Position numbers and translations under genes: made by a program. A DNA stretch of 64,000 nt, taken from NCBI GenBank assembly GCA_964187785.1, contig OZ076409.1, positions 29,080,001 to 29,144,000 of the forward strand, read 5' to 3'. The stretch comes from Amphiscolops sp. MND2022. Lineage: Eukaryota. Below, one piece after another: positions 1 through 13,149 of this stretch. The notes beneath the pieces were generated by a model. It was not told the origin of the DNA. It ran no database searches and saw only the letters and a list, made by a program, of their open reading frames with translations. How positions within the stretch are numbered: position 1 is the first letter of the stretch; each line of letters opens with the position of its first letter.

Positions 1-1
1 T

Positions 2-3000
2 TTTGATCCCTCGGGACGCACTATCATGTCTGCCCGACTACTGTTGGCGGTCGAGAGAGAAACCCGCCCAGAACTCACCATAGACGCTCTGATAGAAGAG
101 ATGACCGCAAACGAGAATTGCCGGCAACTGACTCTGCCCCAACCGGAAGAGTGGCAAGTGAAAGGTGTCACTTCGACGTATCATGCCTATTCTCCGATTC
201 CAGTCAAAGTCTGCATAGATGGTGTTGACATGCGTTTTGGCGCCACTATTCTTACTGATGCGTTTCCTCCTGGAATCTGCTTGGGACCGCAAGAGCTGCG
301 CTGCTATAACATTGATGCTCAAGAACCAACTGGTGAAGCGAGAATCGATGAGCGTGCGTCGCTCGTGGTTTCATTCGTGGTTCCCGATGCTGCTCCCGTG
401 CCATTACGTGGTCTAATAGACACTGGATCAGGAGTATCCATCCTCACCTTCTCAGCCTACAATCGAGTCGCCGTGCGCACTGGCACACTCTTACGACCTT
501 ATGGTATTGACTTATATGCCGCGAATGGGAAGACGATCAAAACTCTTGGTCTAGCGGAGAAAGTCAAATTCCAATTGGGAGGCTATGAATTGGAAACTAA
601 CTTCGTGGTAGTTGATGACGCTATGGGAGTGGAAGACTTCCTCCTGGGCAGAAACTTCCTAAGAGCTTATCAGGTCTTGGTAGACCTAACCGCGATGAAA
701 GTCATTGTCCGAGCTCCCTCTGAACCGGTGTGGTACCATGCCCACGCGCATGTAAGTAACCAATCGCTCAATTCGTCGGTAGCGATTGCACAGGACGTAG
801 TGTTGCAACCTTGTGAACGCGCGATACTACGCGCTAGATTGCTTGTAGACAACTTAGAACCTTTCATGTTTCGAACCGTGCTAATCAATTTTCAAACACC
901 TAACCGAATGTTAAAAAACGCCATCTTTTTAGAGGACACCGTGGCGACTGTGGGGAAAACTGGTTTCCTTTACGTCAGTTTAGGAAATCTCACCAGCAAC
1001 GTACAGCGGATCAAAAAGTGCACCCTTTTGGGAACCGCGGTACCCGTGACGACGGTTCATAAAGCCATCCCCCAAATTGTCCCCGGACAATCAAATGAAA
1101 CTCTGCAGTCAAATGCAAATTATGTTTGTAAAGTTTACGAACAGATGAACCTTGATTCTTCTTCTGAATATAGTTCTTCATCTGAATTTGAGATTTTGTC
1201 CTCTACCGAACCGTCAGAACTAGGCTTGTCCGAGCGTGAAATAAAAAAACGAACCGATCCGGCGCTAATGGCTCCGATACCGGGCCCGGAAGCACAACTC
1301 GACGAAGAGCGCGGTTTGTGGGGCTCGACCGCCAGCGACACGCTTAGTAAACTTTTGAACGAATTTGATAATTTGTTTATGAAATTCAAAGCCGACATTG
1401 GCAAATGTAAAATCGCTAAGCACCCGGTGGAAGTAGAGCCAGGGGCTATACCTCACCGTGAAGGTGCAAGACGAATGTCGCCTGACAAGGCAGAACGTGC
1501 TAACCAAGAAGTCCGTGACTTGCTAGCTTTGGGAATGATACAACCTTCCCTATCCCCTTGGGCGAGTGGAATTGTTATGGTCAAAAAGAAGAGTGGTGAA
1601 TTGCGATTCTGTTGTGACTTTCGACCACTTAATGAAGTGACCATCAAAGACGCTTATCCCTTGCCACGTATCGATGAGAGTCTATCCCGATTGGGCAAAG
1701 CCAAAATCTATACCAGTATTGACTTGGCATGGGCATTCTGGCAAATTCCTGTCCGAAAAGCCGATCGTCAAAAGACTGCCTTCGCTTGTGAACTTGGGTT
1801 ATTTGAGTGGCGGCGTAAGCCTTTTGGTATGTGTAACGCATCAGCAACATTTCAACGGGCAATAGCGCGAGCGCTACAAAGAATAGTGAACCGCGAAGGA
1901 AGTATGGTTATGGCCTATATCGATGACATTGTGATTGCTACCGAGACCATCGAGGATCACATGGATAGACTAGGCGAAGTATTCCAATGCCTGCGTGAGG
2001 CCGGCTTCAAAATGAGAGTCTCCAAGTGTGACTTTATGAAATCGGAGATCAAATATTTGGGCCGAGTTGTATCCGCAGATGGTATCAAGCCAGATCCAAA
2101 AGCTGTCGCCAAGCTGAAAGATTGGGATATCCCGCGAACCAAAACTGAATTGCAAAGTTTCTTGGGTTTTGCCAACTACTATCGGGATTTTATCCCATAG
2201 CATGCAAAGCTAGTTGCCCCTTTACATGCGATGACGGGCGCAGGCTCTCCATTTTTATGGGGGGAGGAGCAGCAGCGAGCCTTTAGCAGCATCAAAGTGG
2301 CACTAATGGAAGCCACTGCTCTGGCGCAACCCGACACTGAAGGCGAATTTGTTCTTGACACCGATGCTAGTGGTGTAGCTATATCAGGTATTCTTCACCA
2401 ATGGCAATGACCACCTGAGAGTCGCAAATTGCGACCGATTGTATTCGGAAGCAAAAAGTTAACCTCTACGCAAGCAAAGTATGGAGCCCCAAAACTGGAA
2501 ATGTACGCTGCATACTATTTCATCTTGAAAAACCACAGCCATCTCTGTCCACGGAAATTCACACTGAGGGTCGACAATCAGACCCTATCCTGGCTAAAGA
2601 CATATTCGATGGATCAGGCGATTATTGGTCGATGGATTATGGCTCTTGAAAAATATCACTTCGGTATTGAGCACCGACCCAGAACGCAACATCGAAATGC
2701 TGATGGTCTTAGCAAACGAACAAATGACTACAAAAAACACGAAAAGCAATTAAAGGGTTTACCCGCAATTGCAGACAAATGGAATTTCCTATCACAAGAG
2801 GAATACAACAAACTCCCGCTAGCCCCATGGTTTGATGTCCACGGACGTGTGATACCAAATCACCCAGAATTGCCTGCACACTTGCAGAGGTTGGCTAGCC
2901 AAAGTTCACCCGAAACCACAGTTGCCGCTCCCACGCGAAGGAGCGGACAAAGCAAACGAAGTGCGATCATGCGCGACGAAGCCATGAGAGCACCCCTACC

Positions 3001-4255
3001 TACATTGCCAAAACCAGAATTGGCACTGCCTGCCGAACTTTATCCAGAAAATCCTGAGGATTGGTTGGAACTGACCGAGGAATATCAACGAGACTATTTG
3101 CTCCCCACGCATGCTGCTAACGTACCATCAAGAACCACTTATCCACTGACGGAAAAGCAAGCAACTAGCACTGCACCAGAGCACGTAAAACAAGCCGCGT
3201 TTGTGGTAAACAGCATATCGATGGAATTGCATGAACATGCTAACACAGTCCATGGGTTGAAAGATCTACTACTGGCACAAAACCGTGACGTCCACGTCTT
3301 GGCTATCAAGAAATTGGTGATGCAAGAGTCAATAGATCATGACATCTTTCCGGAAAATGTACGTGCCTTTGCCAAAAACTACCACAAACAGAAGAAGAAC
3401 CTTCTGCTGGTAAACGCCAACGGGGTTTTGTGTGTAAAGTACTCCAAAAGTCAAAGAGCTTTGCATGAACGCCCCTGCATGATAGTGATGCCCCAATTGT
3501 ATCAGCATGAGATATTGTTCAAGGCCCACGACGCGATGGGACATCAGGGCATCGCGAAAGTCTTGGCCAGAATTCAAGAGCGCCACACTTGGCCAGGCAT
3601 CCGCCGCACCATTGGACAATACGTCAGCCAATGTATCACTTGTCAACAAGTACGTGACAAGCCTGGTGATGTACGCTTTCACTTGAAAAATATCCAAAGC
3701 GGCTATTTTAACGAGCTAGTCCAATATGACCACATGAAAATTTGTCCCTCTGACGATGGTAACACAGGGATCTTGGTTATTATTGATCATTTCTCTAAGC
3801 TCGCAGAAGCTGTGCCGTGCAACCATGATGAGTATGATGCAGCGACCACTTCAAAATTGTTGTTGCAGAAATGGTTTGCCCGCCATGGAACGCCAACGAG
3901 AATGCAGTCAGACAATGCTCCCAACTTCACCGCGGCAGTATCTGCTGAGTTTATGAAAGCCGCCCAAGTGACCAAAGTAACCTCAACTGCTGGCCACCCC
4001 AAGACTCAAGGGTTGGTAGAGCGACAAAACCGAACGTTACTCACCCTTTTGCGTGTATTCTGCTCTAGACGAATGCGTGATTGGGACCAGTATTTAGATG
4101 AAGTCATGGGTGCATACAACTCCACACGTCATGCCACTACTGGGTTCTCCCCGTATATGCTGACCAGAGGCATGGAAAAAGCTATACCCCTGACTTTCTT
4201 GTATCCCGAATTTGCAACTCAGTCATTCGAGCCGCCTACATTATCAACAATTTGA
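2..4255 (+). pseudogene. pol: Gypsy pol: protease, reverse transcriptase, RNase H, integrase (interrupted)
   Basis: LIDTGSG protease; RFCCDFR, YPLPRID and YIDD RT motifs; LDTDAS RNase H; H..MGHQG..CxxC zinc finger; DDE integrase core. Stops at 2198 (TAG for W) and 2408 (TGA for G). About 0.5 kb of the integrase C-terminus (GPY/F region) is deleted near 4232 relative to B. Confidence 0.95.
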
Positions 4256-6373
4256 CTATTCTTCGACTGAGTCTGACGACGAACGTTCTGATGTACTCCT
4301 GTCGAGTGTTCAGGCTAATCCCGATGAGAGTGCTATCTTGTCATCACATGTGGATGAACCTGCGCCTATTCCCGAAATACCAATATCACCACTGCCTGCT
4401 ATGGAGGCTCTATTCTCAGAGAATGAAGCAGTGCCCGACGTCTTGGATATCGCCCCAAATCCTACTATCCACGCACCCACCAAAAGTGCCGGCACCTCTC
4501 TGACCGGTACATCCGCCCCATTATTGACAAATCCATCTCTTACGGATATGTTGAGTAACTTTCCCATTTGGCCCCTAATCGATGACAATGTTCTCAACCC
4601 CACCTTAGACGACAACGGCGCTGAAGCACCAATGACCAATGACGAAAAGGGATTTATTCCCCCACGACAGTTCCCACCAACAACAACGCAGCTACTACCA
4701 CGAAACTCTCCAATGCTCCTAGAGGGCATAGACCGCGGGGACGTCCGCCAGGCAGAACAAGGCCGCGAGCCTCGCTGCCACGTGGCCACCAACAGAGAGG
4801 TGCTATTAGAGGCGCTCGCAAAAGAGGCCGTCCCAGAGGAAGACCTCCTTGTACAACACACGCCAGACCTAACACCTCTACCCGTGTTCGTCGCACTCCA
4901 TCTGTGGACACTGACTCTTCTGCCCCTAGCGCAGCGGTTACCTCAGATCAAGCAGCACCGCCAGAATCAACCAACGCTCGCTATGGCCTGCGACGCAATC
5001 GTATTCCCAGATATCGTTGCGGAACATGTGGCCTACGAGACTGCGAATGTAACTACATGGTCCACGCGGGCTTCCCAATTAAACCCCAGGGAGTCCTGCT
5101 AGCACGTGAACAGGAGAAATCGCTTCCAAGCGGCACGGTTGACCGTTTGGTTATTCGAGCCGAGAAGACTTATACTGGGCTACAACGCAGCGACACTCCA
5201 TATCCTGTGGACTATATCCTATCCAAAATGAAAGATTCTACGATAGCAAAGGCCCCGTGCACAAGGTTCAAGGAGTGGACCTATGATCTTATTGGTTTGG
5301 AATTCACATTACCTATCACTGTTCCCCCCTTGCCTACAAATATTGCTTTTGGTCCTTTCAACTATGAACGAGAGCCTATCCAAATGGTACGCTGTATTCC
5401 TGCTGACCTTTTGTATGACAAGTACAACGTCACCGCAAAACCAGGAGACGTTTATCAGCCTGCAACCAACTGGTGGCTACTAATTACGGCCAAACAAGTG
5501 TCCAACCTGGTTTTTCCCAATAACTTGAACACCTGACTGGAGAGTTTGCGGACAATGGCCTCTCCTGATAGAATCACTTGTTTCCACACCATAGACCTGT
5601 ATCGTGGTAAAATTAAGTTTGAATGGTGGCTGGAACTTATCATAGCAGTCTTATCGAACTTTTCACGAATCCGATTCCTGGACGAATGGACGCACTCATT
5701 TCCTAGTCCTGTATCACTCCAATCAGCCCTACACGCACTGGATACATGGTCCAGGGCTAACATTGATAATCAATCGTTGCCGCGATCTGTGTGGCAAGAC
5801 TTGGGCGCCATTAAAGGCCTCCTTCCGAACACATGTGACGATGCTCTCTCCAATGACCCCGGACGAGAGTTAGTATACCATGGAGCCGTGAGACCTCAAT
5901 TGGTTGACTATGTGCAGTATGCCAATACGGACTTCCTGCAAACTCCCCATCATATTGTCTTATGTTGTCCCGCAAACCTTGAGACTAATTCTGCCGCTCT
6001 TCGTTACGTCATTCGTGAGCATGGTGCAGATGCAATCTTTCAACTTCGACCGGAGGTTGGCAATATTGTGACGCTACCCACATCTTTGATAGACGGCCAT
6101 CCTCAGACTATCCACCTTTTAATCACACGAGCTACACCTCGCTGCCCTATGCTCGCTGATATTCTCTTTGGATGTCTTGATCATTTGAAAACGTTACTCG
6201 AGCGCTTAGAGGCGATAGAAGTACACTTTGCCATCATTGATCCTGAGCGCCCAATACGTAATCTTTTCGACTTTTATACCTGTTTGATGGACGTATTTGC
6301 TGACACGCCCCTGACCGTCATTCTTCACGATCGCGTTTACGTATCTATTGCAAGCGTCGCTAGCTTTCCGTAG
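4232..6373 (+). pseudogene. Pol C-terminal extension: low-complexity linker, AT-hook-like RGRP motifs, CxxCxxxxCxC, two macrodomain-like repeats
   Basis: ORFs 4212-5102, 4904-5536 and 5546-6373 align with the uninterrupted C-terminal part of ORF 20790-23444 in B; one frameshift and a TGA at 5534. Confidence 0.8.
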
Positions 6374-6589
6374 AACTTTTTGTTTTTCCTTTCGCTCCTT
6401 TTTTTGTCCGCTCGATTAAGTTCAGTGAATCGACACGGAGTTTACTTGAAACAAATACGTTACCTTTTCTTTTAATGTTAATTTGTGATGTCCTATTACT
6501 TCCCCTGGTATTACCCTTAAAATGACCTATGGTGTTACCCTACTATCAAGTGTGAAACAATCGACCTGCACTCTTTCAGAGTTTCCGTC

Positions 6590-9500
6590 ATGAACCAAGG
6601 TGACGATGAAAGCAACTACGTCCCTCCAAGGTCTTCAGATGACTCTCCTGCCTTGGGGCACCGCGTTTACGACACTTCGCGTGTCCAGCGTACCCCACAA
6701 ATTGCTTTCATTCGAGACAGACTCGACCAAGATCTGTCGCCAGCTACAGTAGCCGGGGTGGCGGCGATCATAGCCCAGATGGAGTCACAAGTGCAAGCCC
6801 CTATGCTGACGATATCTATCACTTCAGGCTTTCCTGGGTTCCAGCGATCTATGACGTTCCAAGATGGAGTGTGGTACGGCCATGATCTCACACATCACTT
6901 TACGGATGATCGTGCAGCGATCTCATACAGTCCTGCGAATGGCGGAGTCCATCAGACCAGATCTCTACAGATCCCTTCTTGCCCGCCTCCACCTCCACCG
7001 CCACCTCCTGTATCAATGCCACAAACAGTAGTGCGTGCAAGCACTTCTGCTCCTGCAGTGCCTAACTTGTCCAATCAACCAATGGCAGAACAAGCAGTTA
7101 TCTCAGCACTGCAAGCAGTAGCTATCAACCCTAATTACGCTGATTTCATGCGATCCATGGAGCAGTGTTGGCCTGAACTACGCCAAATTGCTCTGCCCAC
7201 TGTCACTATTCGCAACGAAAGCGCCACTTTGAACCAAACAAGTCAAGATGCTATCACTATTCCTCACGTCAATCCTCAGTCTGAACAGCCAGGGCACTCC
7301 CGCACCGTGACTGTAGAGCGCAGTCGTTCGCCTTCCCGCTCTTCTCAAAAGGGGGGAGGAGAGAGCCGCCCTGCCTCCAGAAAACGCAATGACCGTTCTC
7401 CACCAGGAATGAGTGCTCAACAACCACTAACTGCCCGTGACAGCCCCTCGAGCAAGCCACCACCCGACAAAAAGATCTCCAACGAGAAGGCCACAACCTC
7501 CAAGACGCCAAACCAAACAAAATCAAAAGTGTCGGAAGCATCCGTGCTTCCCTCACCCCAGCCACAACCAAACGCAACAGGCGAACAACAAGGACTGCCG
7601 CAGCCACCATCCACGCAGTCTACAACACGCGAGTCGCTGGCTCAACGAGCGATTCCTAAGCCTTCTACATCAAGACAGCCACAAACGGAGCAAACTGTGG
7701 GTTATCAAGGCACCCCTGAACCTCAGCGAACTGTCAAGGACATAATGGGTGATTACCCAGGATTGAAGGTAACCAACAGTGGTCCAACTGGAACCCCACT
7801 CCGCAAACAGGCAATTCAACACCCAACTAAGAGGACCTTTACAAAGCAACCGACGTACCTGAGTCCAATGCAAAACACGAAGGGCACGCTGATCACCAAG
7901 GACTCCCGACGTATCTGGGAATCGGCAGTTCTTGTATCACCCGAATGGCTGTTTGAAAAGAACATGTGTCCTCCGAATGACGAAGAGCATGCGAAATTGA
8001 AGAAGGCGAATGTATCTGTATTCATGAATCGTCCAATTCGCCCCGACCACACCCCTACTAATGAGCCGCCATGGCTAGGGAAGGCAATGAATATTCTGCC
8101 AAACGTAGAAGACAACTACTTGGACGCCCTCAACATTGACCTTCGTGGGCAATTCGCTGACCGATACTTCCTCAACGCTGGAGAGACCTTCGAGATCAAC
8201 CCGCGGTACGCCCGTGACCTCGAAGCCCAGCTACCAATGCCAAAAGAAAGGTTGCAGCGTGCGCGCTTCGCCTTACTTGTAGACTCGACCTTCCTCAAAA
8301 ATATCCCTATTGACAATGTGCTGTCAGACGTGATGGTTTTCACTCTACCGCTGTCACGTATCCCCGAGATGGCTGAAGTGTTGGTCACCATGTTTGACCC
8401 CGAGATGACGGGGACCTTCAAAGAGCCACCCCCACGCAGAGTGATCATCAGTAACATTCTCGATCACATGGCCTGTGAAGGACTAATGGCCCAGATCGCG
8501 AACGTTGAAATCATAAATCCAACTCCAGCACAGCGAGCAACAGTACGCAACGCAGCACTGAATGTGGCCCGAGCCATGGAAAAAGCCCAAAATATCCTAA
8601 AGAATAAACTCAACCTGCCAGTCTTGTTTGTAACACCCCCAGGTTTCTGCCAGTGGCATCCCGCCTTGCAGAGATTTATCTATATGGTAACAGAAATTTG
8701 CAAATGTAGAGAAATAGACTTTGCGATCTGCGCGCCCAATATGCGGATCAGCTCCGACGACTTGCGTCCCTCCTGGCTTTCCTACATGGGGTACGTTGCC
8801 TCAGTGTCTAAAGTGCTACAGTCAGTGGAGAAGACAGGGAACGCGCAGCTGACAATCGATGATGCCATCTATTTTGATCACGGTACTCGTATGGGCTTGT
8901 TAGTATTCAACAACAACGGAGAAACGCGAGTCCCAGAACCTAGCACGGCTGAATGTGAGGCAATCCGCCTGAATAACTGGATGGAGCGCGCGCGCTCCTC
9001 CGGTGGAAAGACTTGCATTAAAACTGATCTTGCGGAAGTCACCGCCATAATGAGCAAAATCCCCAGCGACCGAGAAGTGGAACGAGCCATCCCGCGAGTT
9101 CATTTTGCCCAGGACCTCACTATTGACCAACTATCAGTGGGAATGAGGTATATCGCTGCAAAATTGACGAGCGAGACTCAGGCTGAAATCCAAGCCTTCA
9201 GCAGCACCTACGACGCTTGGTACCAGCGGCTGCAAACTACCACCGTAGCAGACATTGCAAAAGAACTTGGGATGTCAACCGACCATTTTGCCATCTGTTT
9301 GGGATTGGGTTGGAGTCCCGATGTTATTCGAGTTGAGTTCGGCTTGGACGAACACTGGTTGATCGAAATCAGCAAGATTATCGGCACCATGCAAGTAAAC
9401 GAACTCTTTGCACTGATACTCACCTTCGGGCAGAAACGCTTCGTAGCTGGCCCAATGATGATATTGACCGACCTGGTTACTGAGTGTAATTTGGAATGGC

Positions 9501-10960
9501 TATTTTCGTATTTAGTGATTGCGCGAGGCAATATCTCAGGCCTCACCGCCTTAGCCAAGCTGCTACAACGAAAAGACGCTCAGGATTATCCCGCTCACCT
9601 GGAGCGCATGACAACTTCGTTATATCACTGGATATACTGCAGTCTGGTCTTTGCCTCGGGACTTTTCGTGGGCGTAGATAAGCACCAACCAATATATGAC
9701 GGACGTCAGCTGGTGACCGAGGTAGCTGGATTTCTGACACCTAACCAGCTGGCAGATTTCACTTTGGCTGAAGTCGAAGACCTTGTACCGGTGTTAGCAC
9801 CCGTGCTAACTCCGATATTTGGCCCAACCGGAATACTTCGCTATCCCACCAAGCCTCTGCGACTCGCCTGGGAGACACCAACAGTATCCATCCTGACTTT
9901 TCTGAAGAATGTAAAACCGTACAACTATCAGCAGATGCTTGAACGCGGGCTGTTCCTGCTAATACCCCGCATGTATACCACCATAAAGAACGAAACGCAG
10001 CAGGACGAAAACCTGGCCGGCATTCTCAAAGCCCGGACAAAGAAGGCGTGCCCTTTACCTCGCGAATACGGCCCGGTGAATTGGTACAATTCGCCCCTAC
10101 ATCACCATGGAATCCCACAGCGATTCAATTGGAGTTTCGCACACCTCAGGAGGTACGTGACCGAATGCGTACAAGCCATGGGCGGTCACACAAACCAGGG
10201 GTAAAATTTTCAGATGATCAAGCTTCCAGCCAGGTACTGGCGAGGACCCATCGGCTATGCCCGGGCTAAGCCAATCAGCATGGTTGAGAAAGGCTTTAAT
10301 GAGCAGTACGCCTATCGCGATCACTACAAACTAGGCGTGTGGATGTCAAGGACCCTGGAGGAACGCCAAGGGCGCCTAAAAGGCTTGATCATCCCTCCAC
10401 AGACAATGCCTGTTTGAAATCCAGAGGCGAGGGTCACTATGGGAAGCGACATGCCAGCGGAGACCTGCTACCATGTCATGGAACTGCTGAGTGATCCCCT
10501 CGGACCCGAATGGGAAGCCTCCAGGCAAATTATAGAACATGAAAACAGGGACAACTGGTCCAGAGCCTGCGGGCTCTGGGGCCGACCTGATCTACGCCCG
10601 AAACTCAGTGCCAAGCAGAAACGACCCATTGCCACCCGCAATAGACCGCTAGATCTACCACACCTGTTTAATGCCAGTAGATTGGATGTGCAGATCCCAA
10701 CCTCCACGTCGACCACAAGTTCTGCCAATGTTAGCGGCTCAGCCAATGCAGCGCAAGAACATTCGCCAGAAGTCTCAACTCCCGTAGCTGCAGAAAATGG
10801 CCCTAGTGGCTCAAACACGACTCCCAGGACCCATGAAACTGCCAGCGCCGAACCAAGGCCAGTCCTGCGAGAAGGAAATGTGCGAAGAGGATCCCTGTCC
10901 GAACCACAACCGAAAGCCGACGTCTCCCCCAGAGCGCGTCACTTCTCCGCCACCCAGTAA
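6590..10960 (+). CDS. Third ORF (env position) of element A, ~1,460 codons, with SGNH-hydrolase-like domain; frameshift near 10200 and stop at 10415
   Basis: 1204-aa ORF plus two downstream fragments, all homologous to B 16238-20494 (shared EPPPRRV, DHMACEGL, FAICAPN, LVFASGLFVGVD, KACPLPREYGPVNWY). Confidence 0.85.
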
Positions 10961-11740
10961 AACAAACCTAACATTATTGCCATTCTGTTTTAAACTTCAA
11001 TAGTCCTGTGCTAAATGAACCTTTGCGAAACCTCATAGTTTCAACCACTGTTGTTGCTAAACTTTGATTTTGGAAGTGCCAATTGGTCATGGGTAAAAAC
11101 CTCCAAGTGGAGATGAAGCCCCCGGGCTTCATCCTCCTCATTATTCCGTTTTGGGACCGTATGAAGGAAAAGGAAAGAAAAGGAGATGAGAAATGGATAG
11201 AATAAAAAGATTGATGGACCTCGACCATTGTTTTTTCTTTGAGTTTTCTAATAGGATTGAGAGTAAGTCTCGCAAAAGAAACTTTAAATTGACTGTACTT
11301 CTTGGTTGATTTTATGGCAACTGCTTATCAAAAGAACTTTTATCAAACGCCAAGCAGTGCGAAGCTCCCGAGCTTCGGAAAATAAATTTTGAACTGTCAT
11401 GTGATGGTCGTTGACCTTAAAACAAGTTTTAACACTAACGGCAATAAAAATTTTTTTTGTATGAAAGGCCGAAAAGAAATTTTAACGCCTGAATTGCTCA
11501 CTACAGGCTACAAAAAGTAATAACCTTGCCGTATAAGATTTGTATACGAAGTTGTATTGATTTGATCAAAATGCAGCAACGCTAGGTCAAAAACTCTTCC
11601 ACGAGGCCAACTTGACGACGTCCCAATGAACTGCCCAGCGCTACTTGATGTGCACTCTACCTCCTCAGTGGGACATAGATGACCCTGGGTAAAGACTCGA
11701 TGATGCCAACCCACACTTGACGGGGACGTCAAGACTAGAC

Positions 11741-11753
11741 CCCGGGGAGTGTA
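11741..11753 (+). promoter_or_regulatory. Polypurine-tract-like plus-strand primer site of A
   Basis: CCCGGGGAGTGTA immediately before the LTR TGT; B has CCCGGGGAGTGA at the same position. Confidence 0.7.
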
Positions 11754-12487
11754 TGTAGCGATTACCTATCGAGTACACGATTTCGAAAATTTCGATGAAA
11801 ATTTCGTTCAAGGGACTATATCCCCTCTACTGAAAAGTCATATTCCGCTGGACGGCAGCGTGTCTTTATTCAAGTACCTGCCCACAGAATTGAAGAAAAT
11901 TTGAGCAAAAGACTCCGGGCAGACCCCAACCGAACGAGAAGACTGCAGAAAAACACGGCCGCTGTCAGGAAAAGACTCAAATTTCTGTCAAAACGGACTG
12001 AACTTTGTTCTAGCCAGTGCTTTCTTCAGCGAAGCGTTACAAGACGCTGTGATTACCGAAAATGAGTCAATTGGCTTGACCAAGCATCCGTGCTTGTGTC
12101 CCCGGCTAATTGCTGCCTCAAAAGTGCTAATTATGTAGTTATTTTCGTATTTTCTTGTTGTAACAGCTCGTGAGCTACTTATTTCGATTTCCTGTGTAAC
12201 TTCGAAAAAACTTGATTTTTCCTTTCCACCACTTGCATTTTTTAAAGGCTATCTAAGCGTTGGTTCCGAAGAAAAAGCGTAATGCGCGCTACTGTTAGCA
12301 ATTACAGACTGGATCAGGCCGGCGAGCACTTCTTAAGAAGCGGAATCCTCCTCTGACGGGACATTTCTTACCCGAAGGAGGCAAAATGGACTCATGGCCA
12401 TGGGCGCCTGTCCCGGGCAAATACCCATGTCATGTGTTCCTCCTGCTCTTATGGTTACGGCGACAATGGTGAGAGCTTGTCGTTACA
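11754..12487 (+). repeat. 3' LTR of element A (734 bp)
   Basis: TGTAGCG...CGTTACA termini, follows the PPT. Confidence 0.9.
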
Positions 12488-13149
12488 TCTACTGAAAAGT
12501 CATATTCCGCTGGACGGCAGCGTGTCTTTATTCAAGTACCTGCCCACAGAATTGAAGGGAATTTGAGCAAAAGACTCCGGGCAGACCCCAACCGAACGAG
12601 AAGACTGCAGAAAAACACGGCCGCTGTCAGAAAAAGACTCAAATTTCTGTCAAAACGGACTGAACTTTGTTCTAGCCAGTGCTTTCTTCAGCGAAGCGTT
12701 ACAAGACGCTGTGATTACCGAAAATGAGTCAATTGGCTTGACCAAGCATCCGTGCTTGTGTCCCCGGCTAATTGCTGCCTCAAAAGTGCTAATTATGTAG
12801 TAATTTTTGTATTTTCTTGTTGTAACAGCTCGTGAGCTACTTATTTCGATTTCCTGTGTAACTTCGAAAAAACTTGATTTTTCCTTTCCACCACTTGCAT
12901 TTTTTAAAGGCTATCTAAGCGTTGGTTCCGAAGAAAAAGCGTAATGCGCGCTACTGTTAGCAATTACAGACTGGATCAGGCCGGCGAGCACTTCTTAAGA
13001 AGCGGAATCCTCCTCTGACGGGACATTTCTTACCCGAAGGAGGCAAAATGGACTCATGGCCATGGGCGCCTGTCCCGGTCAAATACCCATGCCATGTGTT
13101 CCTCCTGCTCTTATGGTTACGGCGACAATGGTGAGAGCTTGTCGTTACA
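12488..13149 (+). repeat. Second, 5'-truncated copy of the A LTR (662 bp) in direct tandem
   Basis: Near-identical to 11826-12487 with a handful of substitutions; ends CGTTACA. Confidence 0.95.

Larger units (their letters stand above)
1..12487 (+). mobile_element. Ty3/Gypsy LTR retrotransposon A (5' LTR and gag outside the window; decayed)
   Basis: PR-RT-RNaseH-IN order, extended pol tail, third ORF, purine tract, then an LTR TGTAGCG...CGTTACA; collinear with element B. Confidence 0.95.

Noticed and set aside
6590..10960. ORF3 as a classical envelope glycoprotein
   Set aside because: No signal peptide, no evident furin site plus fusion peptide, no clear C-terminal anchor
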